From NCBI GenBank assembly GCA_041651535.1, contig JBAZIZ010000003.1, forward strand, positions 83,357-147,356: a DNA stretch of 64,000 nt. Reading direction: 5' to 3'. A program made the translations under genes and the position numbers. Under the pieces are notes generated by a model. The model did no database searches. It saw nothing but the letters and a program-made list of their open reading frames with translations, and was not told the DNA's origin. Origin of the DNA: Patescibacteria group bacterium. GTDB lineage: Bacteria; Patescibacteriota; Patescibacteriia; Magasanikbacterales; UBA922. This document shows, in pieces, positions 19,961 through 30,557 of this stretch (position 1 is its first letter; every line of letters begins with the position of its first letter).

Positions 19961-21957
19961 TCTATACTTTTCAAAAAACTAGTACGTGGTCCATCTTCAC
20001 TTACATATCTAACATTATCAATATCATCGCTAGGATCAAAAAAATTTTCTGAAAAAGAATCAGAATCATTTTTAACTAAATTTAAATTTAATTCCTGTAA
20101 AAAAATACTTGGACCTGACATCGAAGCAAAAACACTGTTTACTGCAGGATAAGTTAAATATAAATATTTTTTTGCTCTTGTAATAGAAACATAAAAAAGT
20201 CTTCTTTCCTCTTCAAGTTCGGAAAAATTTTTAATACGATCACTCGGAAACATTCCTTGAGCTAAACCAATTATAAAAACGACATCCCATTCTAAACCTT
20301 TTGCCTGATGAATTGTACTTAAAATTATTTTGTCTTTTTTTGTAATTACATCTGAATTTTGTTCTCGATTATAACTTTCTTGCAAAGTTGCTTCTGCTAA
20401 GAATTCTTCCAAAGAATTATATTTTTCAGCAAAAAAAGCCATTTGTTTTAAATCTTCATTTCTTTCACGATAATCTTCATATTCAGATTCTAAATAATTT
20501 TGATAATTTGATTGCAAAATATTTTTAATTAAAATTGTTGGTTGATTTTTACTTACATCTTTTATTTTTTCAAAAATTTCCCAAAAATCTGTCCACCCTA
20601 AACCAGCTTTTGCACCAAGTAAATTTTTTACATCTTCATATTTTATAGAATCTTGTTTTTGAATAAAATCAATAATTTTAGTTGCCCCAGCTGGACCAAT
20701 GCCAGATTGCATATTTAAAATTCTTTGCCAAGCAGTCTCATCATTTTTATTATTTAAAATTTTTAAAAAAGCTAAAACATCTTTGACATGAGCTCGTTCA
20801 AAAAAACGAACACCACCACGAAAATCATAAACAATATTACGTCTAGAAAGTTCCATTTCTAAAGCTTGGGAATGAAAAGCAGCTCGGAATAAAACAGCGA
20901 TTTTATCCGGACTAATTCCCTCTTCTACAAATTCTAAAATTCTAGAGCTGATAAATTCAGCCTCTTCTTCATTATTAGCAAAAGCAGTTAATTCTGGGCG
21001 AGTAAAAAAATTTTGGACACTGACTAATTTTTTTTCGTATTGATAATTATTATTTTTTATAACATCATTTGCTAAATCCAAAATTTCTGGAGTCGAACGA
21101 TAGTTTGTTTCCAACTTAAAAACTTTTGCTTGTTTTTTTTCTTCAAAATCTAAAATATTTTTGATTTCAGCTGCACGAAATGAATAAATACTTTGAGCGT
21201 CATCACCAACAACTAATAAATTTTTATGAATACTAGATAGTTCTTCGATAATTAAAGCTTGAATTTTATTTGTATCTTGATATTCATCCACTAAAATATA
21301 ATGAAATTGCTCGGCAAGTTTATTTTTTATTTCTTTTTTTGTAAGCAAAAGCAAATATAAATTTGTTAGTAAATCATCAAAATCCATAACATTTGCTATC
21401 TTTTTTTTCTGATCATAAAGTGCAAAAACACTTACAATATCTTCTTTAAAATCAAGATAATTTGGATAATTTTTTTCTAAAATATTTTCAACAGTAGAAT
21501 TAGAATTTTTAGCATAACTAAAAATACTTTGCAAAACTTTTGGAGCAGGAAATTTTTTATAAGTACTCTTTATATTTTCAGTTTTTAAACAAAATTTAAT
21601 CAAATCACGTGAATCTTCACTGTCTAAAATTGAAAAATTATTTTGGTAACCAATCAGTGTAGAATATTTCAAAAGAATTTTATAAGCAATATGATGAAAA
21701 GTTCCCGCCCAAGGCATTTTTTTTTCTAAAGCATTTAATTTTACAATTCTTTGGGTCATTTCATCTGCAGCTTTATTTGTAAAAGTTAAAAGTAAAATAT
21801 TTTCTGGTTTAACTCCTTTTTCTAATAAATAAGCAACACGATAAGTAATTACTCTAGTTTTACCACTACCAGCTCCAGCTAAAACCAAAGAATATCCATC
21901 GCCATTTTGGATTATTTCCAGTTGTTCTTTATTTAGTTCTTTGGCAAAATCAATCAT
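19951..21957 (-). CDS. ATP-dependent DNA helicase UvrD/PcrA family
   Basis: AGAGSGKT, TFTNKAA, VDEYQD, GDDAQSIY, NYRS, TIHQAKGLE, EEERRLFYV.TRA motifs. Confidence 0.95.
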   Translation of the reverse strand: MIDFAKELNKEQLEIIQNGDGYSLVLAGAGSGKTRVITYRVAYLLEKGVKPENILLLTFTNKAADEMTQRIVKLNALEKKMPWAGTFHHIAYKILLKYSTLIGYQNNFSILDSEDSRDLIKFCLKTENIKSTYKKFPAPKVLQSIFSYAKNSNSTVENILEKNYPNYLDFKEDIVSVFALYDQKKKIANVMDFDDLLTNLYLLLLTKKEIKNKLAEQFHYILVDEYQDTNKIQALIIEELSSIHKNLLVVGDDAQSIYSFRAAEIKNILDFEEKKQAKVFKLETNYRSTPEILDLANDVIKNNNYQYEKKLVSVQNFFTRPELTAFANNEEEAEFISSRILEFVEEGISPDKIAVLFRAAFHSQALEMELSRRNIVYDFRGGVRFFERAHVKDVLAFLKILNNKNDETAWQRILNMQSGIGPAGATKIIDFIQKQDSIKYEDVKNLLGAKAGLGWTDFWEIFEKIKDVSKNQPTILIKNILQSNYQNYLESEYEDYRERNEDLKQMAFFAEKYNSLEEFLAEATLQESYNREQNSDVITKKDKIILSTIHQAKGLEWDVVFIIGLAQGMFPSDRIKNFSELEEERRLFYVSITRAKKYLYLTYPAVNSVFASMSGPSIFLQELNLNLVKNDSDSFSENFFDPSDDIDNVRYVSEDGPRTSFLKSIDEL

Positions 21958-22065
21958 ATTTTTTCTATAATACTATTTTTTAAATAAAAAAACAAATTTG
22001 AGAGAAAAAATCAAATTATTTCAAAGGTTGCCAAAACAACTTTTTTCCTATATAATGAAGCAACT

Positions 22066-23547
22066 ATGTATCAAAAAGATTTAAATTTTTTGGATAATTC
22101 AAAAACAGATTTTCAAGATTTTGAAAATCAAAATCCAACACCAAAAAACAATCGAAAAAAAATCATTATTTGGGCTATTTTTTTGCTTATTTTAGCAGTT
22201 TTTATTACAACAAAAATTACAAACGGAAAAAATAACGACTATTTAGAATATGACCCAGTTACCCTAGAACCACAAGAACCAGAAGGATTTTTAAAAAAAA
22301 TTACTTATTTAATTTTTAATCGTAATGCAAAATTAGAAGGTAGCAAAACTGATAGAATAAATATTTTACTTCTTGGACAAGGTGGTTTAGGGCATGAAGG
22401 TCCATATTTAACTGATACTATCATGATTTTAAGTTATCGCCCTTCAGATCAAGACATTGCTTTGATTTCAATTCCGCGTGATTTGGGAGTAAATATTCCT
22501 GATTATGGACTAACAAAAATAAATCATGCTAATCATGTCGGCGAAATGGAAAAACCAAATATGGGCGCAGCTCTTGCCACAAAAGTTATTTCTGAAACAT
22601 TGGATTTAGATATTCCTTATTATATAAGAATAGATTTCAAAGCTTTTACAGAAATAATCGATGCTGTTGGAGGTGTACGAGTAAATGTTGAAAAAAGTTT
22701 TACTGATAATGAATATCCAGCTGATGATTTTCAATATCAAACTGTTTCTTTTAAATCTGGACCACAAACAATGGACGGAATTACTGCTTTGAAATATGCT
22801 CGTTCTCGTCATGGTGATAATGGTGAAGGTTCTGATTTTGCTAGAGCCAAAAGACAACAAAAATTAATTTTAGCTTTAAAAGAAAAAGTTTTATCTTTTT
22901 CAACTTTGACCAATCCAGTAAAAATCAAAAAAATGCTTGATTCTTTGACTGAAAATATGGTCACTAATATGAAATTTGATGAAATTCTTGAATTTATAAA
23001 AATTGCCAAAGATCTAAATACTTCAGAAATTCATAATCTTGTTTTAGATGATAGCCCAGCAGGTTTTTTGACAAGTACAATTGCAGAAAATGGAGCATTT
23101 TTACTTTTACCAAAAACAGGAAATTGGTCTGAAACACAAAATGCTATCAAAAATATTTTTAATGAAGAAAATCAAAATTCAATTCAAAACCAAAATATAG
23201 AAACAGTGGAAACAAAAGAAGAAGAATCTATTAAATTAAATGAAAAAAATGATATAATAATAGAAATACAAAATGGAACTTGGCAGACCGGCTTAGCAGC
23301 ACAAACAAAACAAAAACTAACTGATAAAAATTTTTATGTAGAAACGATAGGAAACACTAACCCTGATTATAAACCTGTAAAACAAAGCGCCGTATATTTT
23401 TTAAATAAAAATATTTCAGATGAAATTCAAGAAGAAATAAAAGAAACTCTAAATTTTAAAACATTTACAAAAATAGAAGACGAAACAATTTTACCAACAA
23501 ATGACGTTGATATTTTAATAATTATCGGCGACGATTATTTGAATTAA
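22066..23547 (+). CDS. LCP (LytR-CpsA-Psr) family protein with LytR C-terminal domain
   Basis: N-terminal TM; TDTIM, SIPRD, YARSRH, DFARAKRQQ; C-terminal IQNGT...GLA...IIIGDD. Confidence 0.92.
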   Translation: MYQKDLNFLDNSKTDFQDFENQNPTPKNNRKKIIIWAIFLLILAVFITTKITNGKNNDYLEYDPVTLEPQEPEGFLKKITYLIFNRNAKLEGSKTDRINILLLGQGGLGHEGPYLTDTIMILSYRPSDQDIALISIPRDLGVNIPDYGLTKINHANHVGEMEKPNMGAALATKVISETLDLDIPYYIRIDFKAFTEIIDAVGGVRVNVEKSFTDNEYPADDFQYQTVSFKSGPQTMDGITALKYARSRHGDNGEGSDFARAKRQQKLILALKEKVLSFSTLTNPVKIKKMLDSLTENMVTNMKFDEILEFIKIAKDLNTSEIHNLVLDDSPAGFLTSTIAENGAFLLLPKTGNWSETQNAIKNIFNEENQNSIQNQNIETVETKEEESIKLNEKNDIIIEIQNGTWQTGLAAQTKQKLTDKNFYVETIGNTNPDYKPVKQSAVYFLNKNISDEIQEEIKETLNFKTFTKIEDETILPTNDVDILIIIGDDYLN

Positions 23548-23551
23548 ACAT

Positions 23552-24943
23552 ATGGCTACACCAGCAACAAAACAAAATACAAATTTACCACAGGTCGTTT
23601 TAATCGGTCGTGCTAATGTTGGTAAATCAACTTTATTTAACACTTTAACTGAAAGTAAAAAAGCTTTAGTTTCTACTATTGCGGGAACAACTCGTACAAA
23701 TAATGAAGCTGAAGTTTTATGGCGCGCCAAAAGATTTAATTTAATTGATACTGGTGGTATTGATAATTATGAAAATGAAAAATTTAGTGAAGAAATTTTA
23801 TTACAATCAAAAAATGCTTTGGAACAAGCTGATATAATCTTAATGGTGATTGACGCTAAAACTGGAATTTTACCACAAGAAATTGAACTGGCAAAAATTT
23901 TAAATACTAAATACAAAGATACCAAAAAATTTTTAATAGCTAATAAAGCTGACAACAAAAAAATAGATTTAATTTTAGATTTAAGAGATTGTGCAAAATT
24001 ACAACTTGGTTCCCCTATTTTTGTTTCCGCAGCTAGTGGTCGTGGACTTGGTGATGTTTTAGATATTTTATTTTCAGAATTCAATAAAATGAAAATCAAA
24101 CCAAAAAAAATAAAAAAAGAAAAAGATGAACCCATAATTAAAATAGCTTTAATTGGCAAACCAAATGTTGGTAAATCTTCAATTTTTAATAAATTGATTG
24201 GCGAAGAAAAAGTAATTGTTAGCGCCAAAGCTCATACTACTCGTGAACCTTTTGATACAGAAATGGAGTATGAATATCAAGGAAAAAAATATCGTTTGAT
24301 TTTTATTGATACTGCTGGAATCAGAAGAAAAAATAAAGTAAGCGGACATTTAGAAAGAGAAGGTATTGCCAAAAGTATTCAAACTGCCCAAAATGCTGAT
24401 ATTATTTTATTAGTTTTAGATGCTAGTGAAATTATTTCTAGTCAAGATATGCAACTTGCTGGACTCATTGAAAAAAGAAGCAAATCAGTTCTAATTTTAT
24501 TAAACAAATGGGATTTAGCTGAAGATAATAGTGATCGTGTTCGTAATGAAACAAAAAAATTGGTTTATGCACATTTTCCCCATTTAGATTTTGCTCCGAT
24601 TTTATTTATTAGTGGAAAAACTGGTTATAGAACACAACAAATTTTCCCAGATATAATAAAATTACATGATGCTCGTCAGACTGAAATACCACGTTATGCT
24701 TTAGAAAAATTTATGAAAAAAATCACTACTGAACATCAACCAGCTCGAGGAAAAGGAATTCGTCATCCAAAAATTGTTGGCTTTCGTCAAATAAATACTG
24801 AACCACCAATTTTTGAATTATTTATCAAACACCGTACTTCTCTTCATCGTTCTTATATAAATTATATAGAAAATAGATTACGAGAAGAATTTAATTTTTA
24901 CGGGACACCTCTCGTTATAAAACTTACTAAAACAAAAAGTTAA
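23552..24943 (+). CDS. der: Ribosome biogenesis GTPase Der
   Basis: Two GTPase domains (GRANVGKST/DTGG/NKAD; GKPNVGKSS/DTAG/NKWD) and KH-like C-terminus. Confidence 0.96.
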   Translation: MATPATKQNTNLPQVVLIGRANVGKSTLFNTLTESKKALVSTIAGTTRTNNEAEVLWRAKRFNLIDTGGIDNYENEKFSEEILLQSKNALEQADIILMVIDAKTGILPQEIELAKILNTKYKDTKKFLIANKADNKKIDLILDLRDCAKLQLGSPIFVSAASGRGLGDVLDILFSEFNKMKIKPKKIKKEKDEPIIKIALIGKPNVGKSSIFNKLIGEEKVIVSAKAHTTREPFDTEMEYEYQGKKYRLIFIDTAGIRRKNKVSGHLEREGIAKSIQTAQNADIILLVLDASEIISSQDMQLAGLIEKRSKSVLILLNKWDLAEDNSDRVRNETKKLVYAHFPHLDFAPILFISGKTGYRTQQIFPDIIKLHDARQTEIPRYALEKFMKKITTEHQPARGKGIRHPKIVGFRQINTEPPIFELFIKHRTSLHRSYINYIENRLREEFNFYGTPLVIKLTKTKS

Positions 24944-24953
24944 TTTTAAATAT

Positions 24954-25499
24954 ATGAAACTGATTGTTGGTCTTGGGAACCCAGGAAAAAGTTATGAAAA
25001 AACCAGACATAATGTTGGTTTTATGATGGTTGACAAAATACAAAAAGAATTAAAAAAATATAATATCAACGAATGGGAGATTAGCAAAAAGTTTAATGCG
25101 GAAATTTGTGGTTGTACAGTTGGTGAAGAAAAAATAATTTTAGCTAAACCGCTTACTTTTATGAATAATTCTGGTGAAGCAGTCGGGCTTATCATGCATT
25201 ATTATAAAATCAATATCAAAGATTTAATTGTGGTTCATGACGACAAAGATATCCAACTTGGTGAATATAAAATTCAAGAAAATAAAGAATCTGCTGGACA
25301 CAATGGTGTGAAATCAATTATCCAAATTTTAAATAATAAAAATTTTACTCGAGTTCGAATCGGCGTTGCTAGTTCTAATCAAAAAAAGATGGCAGACACC
25401 GCAAAATTTGTTTTAGCAAAATTTAGTTTATTCGAAAGAAAAAAAATTGAAACAATGATTGCTGAAACAGCAAAAAAAACTTTGGAAATTATTTTTTAA
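24954..25499 (+). CDS. pth: Peptidyl-tRNA hydrolase
   Basis: GLGNPG, TRHNVG, KPLTFMN.SG, VHDD, GHNG motifs. Confidence 0.97.
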   Translation: MKLIVGLGNPGKSYEKTRHNVGFMMVDKIQKELKKYNINEWEISKKFNAEICGCTVGEEKIILAKPLTFMNNSGEAVGLIMHYYKINIKDLIVVHDDKDIQLGEYKIQENKESAGHNGVKSIIQILNNKNFTRVRIGVASSNQKKMADTAKFVLAKFSLFERKKIETMIAETAKKTLEIIF

Positions 25500-25509
25500 T
25501 AAAAAAATT

Positions 25510-26604
25510 ATGGAGGGTTTAACTAAAGAAATTTGGCCGGTTTTTTTTCCAAAGATGACTTGTAAACGCTACCAAGAATTGTTGGCGTTTTTTGATTCTC
25601 CAAAAAATATTTGGGAAGGAACTGAAAATGATTTTTTAAAAGCTGGTTGGAAAAAAGAAATTATAGAAAATTTTTTTGTTTGGAAAAAAGATTTTATTTT
25701 AAAACAAAAAGATGACTATGAAAAAATATTTTTCCGTGATGAAATAAGTTGTTTAACTTATGACAATCAAGCTTATCCAAAAAATTTAAAAAATATTTTT
25801 GATCCGCCTACTTGTATTTTTATACGTGGAACTTTAGCGATAGACAAAATTTTTTTAGCTGTTGTTGGTTCACGCAAAAACACTTTTTACGGTCGACAAA
25901 TAACTGAAAAATTAATCACCGAATTAGATAACAATTTAGTTATAGTCAGTGGACTGGCTTTTGGTATTGATAGTATCGCACATCAAACTTGTTTAAAAAA
26001 TAAAAAATCTACGATTGCAGTTTTAGGAGGCGGAATAAACACAGAAAATATTTATCCAAAAGAACATCATAATTTAGCAATAGAGATTATTAATAATGGT
26101 GGGGCTCTTATTTCTGAATATCCTCCTTTGACCGAACCAAATTCTTTTACTTTTCCAAAAAGAAATAGAATTATCGCTGGACTTTGTGAAGCTGTTTTAG
26201 TAATTGAAGCTACGCAAAAATCAGGAGCTCTCATCACTGCCGAATGTGCTTTGCAAAACGGACGTGAAGTTTTTGCTGTACCTCAAAATATAAATTCAGA
26301 AAATTCTTATGGCGTAAATGAATTATTAAAAAATGGTGCAGCATTAGTAAATTCAACAGCTGATATAAGCAGTGTTTTAAACTTGCAAAATACAGCAGAT
26401 TGTGTTAAAAATAAAATTATTCAAACTACAAATGAACAAGAAAAAATTATTTTAAAACTTTTAGATGGACAAGGAGTCCATATTGATTTTTTGATAAAAA
26501 ATAGTGGATTAAATAGTCAAATCGTCAATTCCACCTTAGCGTTTATGGAATTAAAAGGTTGGATAAAAAATTTAGGAAATATGACTTATATTTTAAATAA
26601 TTAA
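25510..26604 (+). CDS. dprA: DNA-processing protein DprA
   Basis: AVVGSR, VSGLAFGID, FPKRNRIIAG, SGALITA motifs, C-terminal winged helix; ATG at 25510 preferred. Confidence 0.95.
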   Translation: MEGLTKEIWPVFFPKMTCKRYQELLAFFDSPKNIWEGTENDFLKAGWKKEIIENFFVWKKDFILKQKDDYEKIFFRDEISCLTYDNQAYPKNLKNIFDPPTCIFIRGTLAIDKIFLAVVGSRKNTFYGRQITEKLITELDNNLVIVSGLAFGIDSIAHQTCLKNKKSTIAVLGGGINTENIYPKEHHNLAIEIINNGGALISEYPPLTEPNSFTFPKRNRIIAGLCEAVLVIEATQKSGALITAECALQNGREVFAVPQNINSENSYGVNELLKNGAALVNSTADISSVLNLQNTADCVKNKIIQTTNEQEKIILKLLDGQGVHIDFLIKNSGLNSQIVNSTLAFMELKGWIKNLGNMTYILNN

Positions 26605-26606
26605 TT

Positions 26607-27911
26607 ATGAATTTTGATCAAGCTTATAATTATCTTTTGTCTTTAAATAATTTACCACGGCAAGAATACATGAGAGACGGAAAAAAATGCGATTTATATT
26701 TACAAAGAATTCGCTTTTTTTTGAAATTAATTGGCAATCCCGAAAAAAAAATAAAAAATTATATCCACGTCACTGGTACTAGTGGCAAAGGATCAACCGT
26801 AACTTTTTTACATAATATTTTATTAGCTAATGGCAAAAAAGTTGCTTCTAGTTTGTCACCTCATCATATAATTATTACCGAACGTTGGAAAGTTGCTGAC
26901 AAAAATATGAGCAAAAAAGAATTTGTTGATATAATGAATTTTTTAAAACCAAAATTAGATGCTTATGTTCGTTTGAGTCCTTATGATATGTTATCTTTTT
27001 TTGAAATAACCGAAATTATTGGTTTTATTTTTTTTAGTCGCAAAAAAGTTGATTGGGCGATTTTAGAGGTTGGTTGCGGCGGACGATTTGATTCCAGTAA
27101 TATTATTCCGCATAAAAAAATAGCTGTGATTACTAATATTGGACTTGATCATCTTGGACTAATTGGTAATAACAAAGAAGAAATCGCTTATGAAAAATCA
27201 GGAATAATAAAAGCAAATTGTGAAGTTTTTACTAGTGAAAAAAATGAAAAGATTTTAAAAATAATTAAAAAAGAATGTCAAAAAAATAAAGTAAATTTAA
27301 ATATTATAAATAAATCTAAGTATAAAATAAAAAAACAAGAACTAGATTTTACAAAATTTACATATAAAAATAACAATTATCAAATAAATACTTTTGGCGA
27401 GCATCAAATAAACAATACTATTTTGACAATTGAAATTGCAAATTTTTTGAAACTTGATCCTGAAAAGACAAAAATAGGTCTTGAAAAAACAAAACAAAGT
27501 TTACGTTTAGAAATAATAAATAAAAATCCACTTATTATACTTGATGGAGCTCATAATCCTGACAAGATGAAAACAACAGTGAAAGCAATTAAAAAAAAGA
27601 ATAAAATAGTAAATTTAGTCGTTGGTTTTTCTGGCGACAAAAATATAGAAAATCAAATAAAACAGCTTTGTGAATTAAAATTAAAAAACGTAATTTTGAC
27701 TAGAAATACTAATAATATTTTTCGCAAAGTAGCTGATCCAAAATTTTTAGAACAAAAATTTAAAAAACAAAATCCAAAAATAAAAACTAAAATTTTTTTA
27801 GATCCAAAAGATGCTTATGACTTTGCAAAAAGTAAAACAAAGAAAGATAAAATTTTACTTGTTACTGGCAGTATTTTTTTGAGTGGAGAAATAAAAAAAT
27901 TTATAATTTAA
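26607..27911 (+). CDS. folC: Folylpolyglutamate synthase/dihydrofolate synthase
   Basis: IHVTGTSGKGS, EVGCGGRFD, LDH, EKSGI, LDGAHN, TGS motifs. Confidence 0.9.
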   Translation: MNFDQAYNYLLSLNNLPRQEYMRDGKKCDLYLQRIRFFLKLIGNPEKKIKNYIHVTGTSGKGSTVTFLHNILLANGKKVASSLSPHHIIITERWKVADKNMSKKEFVDIMNFLKPKLDAYVRLSPYDMLSFFEITEIIGFIFFSRKKVDWAILEVGCGGRFDSSNIIPHKKIAVITNIGLDHLGLIGNNKEEIAYEKSGIIKANCEVFTSEKNEKILKIIKKECQKNKVNLNIINKSKYKIKKQELDFTKFTYKNNNYQINTFGEHQINNTILTIEIANFLKLDPEKTKIGLEKTKQSLRLEIINKNPLIILDGAHNPDKMKTTVKAIKKKNKIVNLVVGFSGDKNIENQIKQLCELKLKNVILTRNTNNIFRKVADPKFLEQKFKKQNPKIKTKIFLDPKDAYDFAKSKTKKDKILLVTGSIFLSGEIKKFII

Positions 27912-28044
27912 GAATTTAGATTTTAGAATTAAAAGAACACATCAGACAACTACATCGTAAATAAATTCATCTTTTTTCAGCACCCTTAAGTAAAGTTAAA
28001 TAAATTCATAATTCATAATTCCTAAATCATAAATCTAAAATCTT
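27905..28044. repeat. Inverted 7-bp-period arrays bracketing a ~70-bp spacer
   Basis: GAATTTA GATTTTA GAATT ... AATTCAT AATTCAT AATTCCT AAATCAT AAATCTA AAATCTT. Confidence 0.65.
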
Positions 28045-28099
28045 TACTTATTTGACATAATCCTCTTTTTATTTTATGCTGTAAAACATAAAAAATCTT

Positions 28100-30355
28100 A
28101 TGCCAAAATTAATTATTGTTGAATCACCTACTAAAGCAAAAACAATTTCTAAATTTTTAGGAAATTCTTATATTGTAGAATCTTCTTTTGGTCATTTACG
28201 TGATTTACCAAAAAGTCGTATGGGAATAAATATTGAAGATGGTAGTTTTGAACCAGAATATATAAATTCACGAGATAGAAGTGCACAAATAAAAAAACTA
28301 AAAGAATTGGCAAAAAAATCTTCAGAAATAATATTTGCAACTGATGAGGACCGTGAAGGAGAAGCTATTTCTTGGCATTTAGCTCATATTTTTAATGTAG
28401 AACCAAAAGAAGCAAAAAGAATAGTTTTTCATGAAATTACTAAACATGCTATTGAAGAAGCTTTAAAAAATCCACGCGGAATTGACCAGCAATTGGTTGA
28501 TGCTCAACAAGCTCGTCGTATTTTAGATAGACTAGTTGGTTATGAACTTTCACCTTTTTTATGGAAAAAAGTGGCCCGTGGTTTATCAGCTGGACGTGTT
28601 CAATCAGTAGCTGTTCGTCTGATTGTTGAAAGAGAAAAAGAAAGAGATAATTTTATTAGTGAAGAATATTGGACATTAGAAGCAAATTTTAAAAAAAATG
28701 ATTATTCTTTTACAGCTAAACTCAGTAAAAAAGATGAAAAAACTATCAAAAAAATGGATATCAAAAATGAACAGCAAGTAAATGAAATTATTTCTGAATT
28801 GAAAAATGTTGACTATTTAGTAAAACAAATTGAAAAAAAAGAAATTCAAAAAAATCCTTATCCTCCTTTTACAACTTCTACTTTGCAACAACAAGCTAGT
28901 AATAAACTTGGTTTTTCTGCTAAACAAACTATGCGTATTGCCCAACAGCTTTATGAAGGTGTAAAAATTCCTGGAATTGGACAAGTTGGTTTGATTACTT
29001 ATATGCGTACCGACTCTTTAAATTTATCAGAAAAATTTATAACTGAAGCGGGAGATTTTATCAATAAAAATTTTGGTGAAAACTATTTTGTCAAAACAGG
29101 TCGTCATTACAAAACAAAAAGTAAAGGAGCACAAGAAGCTCACGAAGCAATCCGACCAACTTTTGCTGACAAAAGTCCAGAATCAATAAAAGATTTTCTA
29201 GAAACAAATCAATATAAACTTTATAAATTAATTTGGAATCGGGCTTTAGCTAGTCAAATGACAGCAGCTAGATTAGACAAAACTGATGTTGACATAAGTG
29301 CTGGAAAATATACTTTTAAATTAAGTGGCCAAACACTCGTATTTGCTGGTTGGTTATCTTTATATCCTGAAACACAAAAAGAAGAAAATTTACCAGAATT
29401 AAAAATAACAGAAAAATTATTTTGTGAAAAATTAGATCCAAAACAACATTTTACCGAAGCTCCAGCTAGATACAGCGACGCTAGTTTAATCAAAATAATG
29501 GAAGAATATGGTATTGGACGACCTTCTACTTATGCTCCAACAATTTCTACAATTGAAAGTCGTGGTTATGTAGCGAGAGATGAAAATAAAAAATTATATC
29601 CAAAAGATATTGCTTTTTTAGTAAATGATTTATTAGAAAAAAACTTTGAACAAATAGTTGATTATAAATTTACTGCAAAAATGGAACAAAATCTAGATGA
29701 AATTGCTGCTGGAAAAAAACATTGGCAACCAATTATTTCTACTTTTTATCATCCTTTTCATGAAAATCTTACAAACAAAATGTCAGAGATGACAAAAGAA
29801 AAAATTTCTCAAGAAAAAGAATTAGGCATTGATCCAAAAACTGGAAAAGTGGTTTCTATAAAAATTGGACGTTATGGACCTTATGTCCAACTTGGTGAAA
29901 AAACTGATTCAGAAAAACCAAAATTTGCTTCTATTCCTAAAGATCGAGGTATGAATTCTATTGAATTAGATGAGGCTTTAACTTTTTTAAGTTTACCAAA
30001 AAATCTTGGCAAAGATTTGCTTGGACGTGAAATTATTGTTAATATTGGCAGATTTGGACCTTATGTTCAAATTGAAAAACAATATTTTTCTTTAAAAGAC
30101 AAGGATCCTTATTCACTGACTTTAGGCGAAGCTTTACAAATAGTCCAAGAAAATACAGAAAAAAATAATCAAAAAATAATCAAAGAATTTGCTGATTCAG
30201 AAATAAAAATATTAAATGGACGATTTGGACCTTATGTAACTGATAAAAAAATAAATGTTACTGTGCCAAAAAAAATGAAACCAGAAGATTTGACTCTTGC
30301 AGAATGTGAAGAACTTATAAAAAATAAAAAAACAAAAAAGACCGGAAAAAAATAA
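28100..30355 (+). CDS. topA: DNA topoisomerase I with C-terminal non-zinc repeats
   Basis: IVESPTK, TDEDREGE, SAGRVQS, ITYMRTD, AHEAIRP; three GR(Y/F)GPYV repeats. Confidence 0.97.
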   Translation: MPKLIIVESPTKAKTISKFLGNSYIVESSFGHLRDLPKSRMGINIEDGSFEPEYINSRDRSAQIKKLKELAKKSSEIIFATDEDREGEAISWHLAHIFNVEPKEAKRIVFHEITKHAIEEALKNPRGIDQQLVDAQQARRILDRLVGYELSPFLWKKVARGLSAGRVQSVAVRLIVEREKERDNFISEEYWTLEANFKKNDYSFTAKLSKKDEKTIKKMDIKNEQQVNEIISELKNVDYLVKQIEKKEIQKNPYPPFTTSTLQQQASNKLGFSAKQTMRIAQQLYEGVKIPGIGQVGLITYMRTDSLNLSEKFITEAGDFINKNFGENYFVKTGRHYKTKSKGAQEAHEAIRPTFADKSPESIKDFLETNQYKLYKLIWNRALASQMTAARLDKTDVDISAGKYTFKLSGQTLVFAGWLSLYPETQKEENLPELKITEKLFCEKLDPKQHFTEAPARYSDASLIKIMEEYGIGRPSTYAPTISTIESRGYVARDENKKLYPKDIAFLVNDLLEKNFEQIVDYKFTAKMEQNLDEIAAGKKHWQPIISTFYHPFHENLTNKMSEMTKEKISQEKELGIDPKTGKVVSIKIGRYGPYVQLGEKTDSEKPKFASIPKDRGMNSIELDEALTFLSLPKNLGKDLLGREIIVNIGRFGPYVQIEKQYFSLKDKDPYSLTLGEALQIVQENTEKNNQKIIKEFADSEIKILNGRFGPYVTDKKINVTVPKKMKPEDLTLAECEELIKNKKTKKTGKK

Positions 30356-30428
30356 TCGGTCTTCTTTGTGTAGCAAGAGAGCTAACCTAAATGCCTTTGG
30401 TAATAAAAAGGTGCTCTACTCGCTACAT
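30335..30428 (-). ncRNA. Candidate small RNA (unassigned hairpin)
   Basis: Extended -10 TGTTATAAT just upstream, long stem TGTAGCGAG/CTTGCTACA plus AGAGC/GCTCT plus ACCT/AGGT, ends at AAGACCG/CGGTCTT-T terminator. Confidence 0.45.
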
Positions 30429-30465
30429 TGGACATTATAACAATAAACACAAAAAAATCAAGACA

Positions 30466-30506
30466 AAAAGAAAACCCCGATCTAAGCGATGGGGGTTTTC
30501 TTTTTT
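30466..30506 (-). terminator. Terminator downstream of gmk
   Basis: AAAAGAAAACCCC/GGGGTTTTCTTTT stem with A/T tails. Confidence 0.75.
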
Positions 30507-30557
30507 AAGCATTTAAGGTTTCTACCTTCTTATTACAAAGCTATAATAGCATATTTT

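Noticed and set aside
27931-28002. Possible mini-ORF MNLFTM with SD-like AAGGGTG on the minus strand between heptamer arrays
   Set aside because: Six codons with no other support; indistinguishable from chance.
30369-30428. Hairpin as SRP (4.5S) RNA or a tRNA remnant
   Set aside because: No GNRA-capped domain IV symmetric loop and no T-loop; kept only as an unassigned sRNA candidate.
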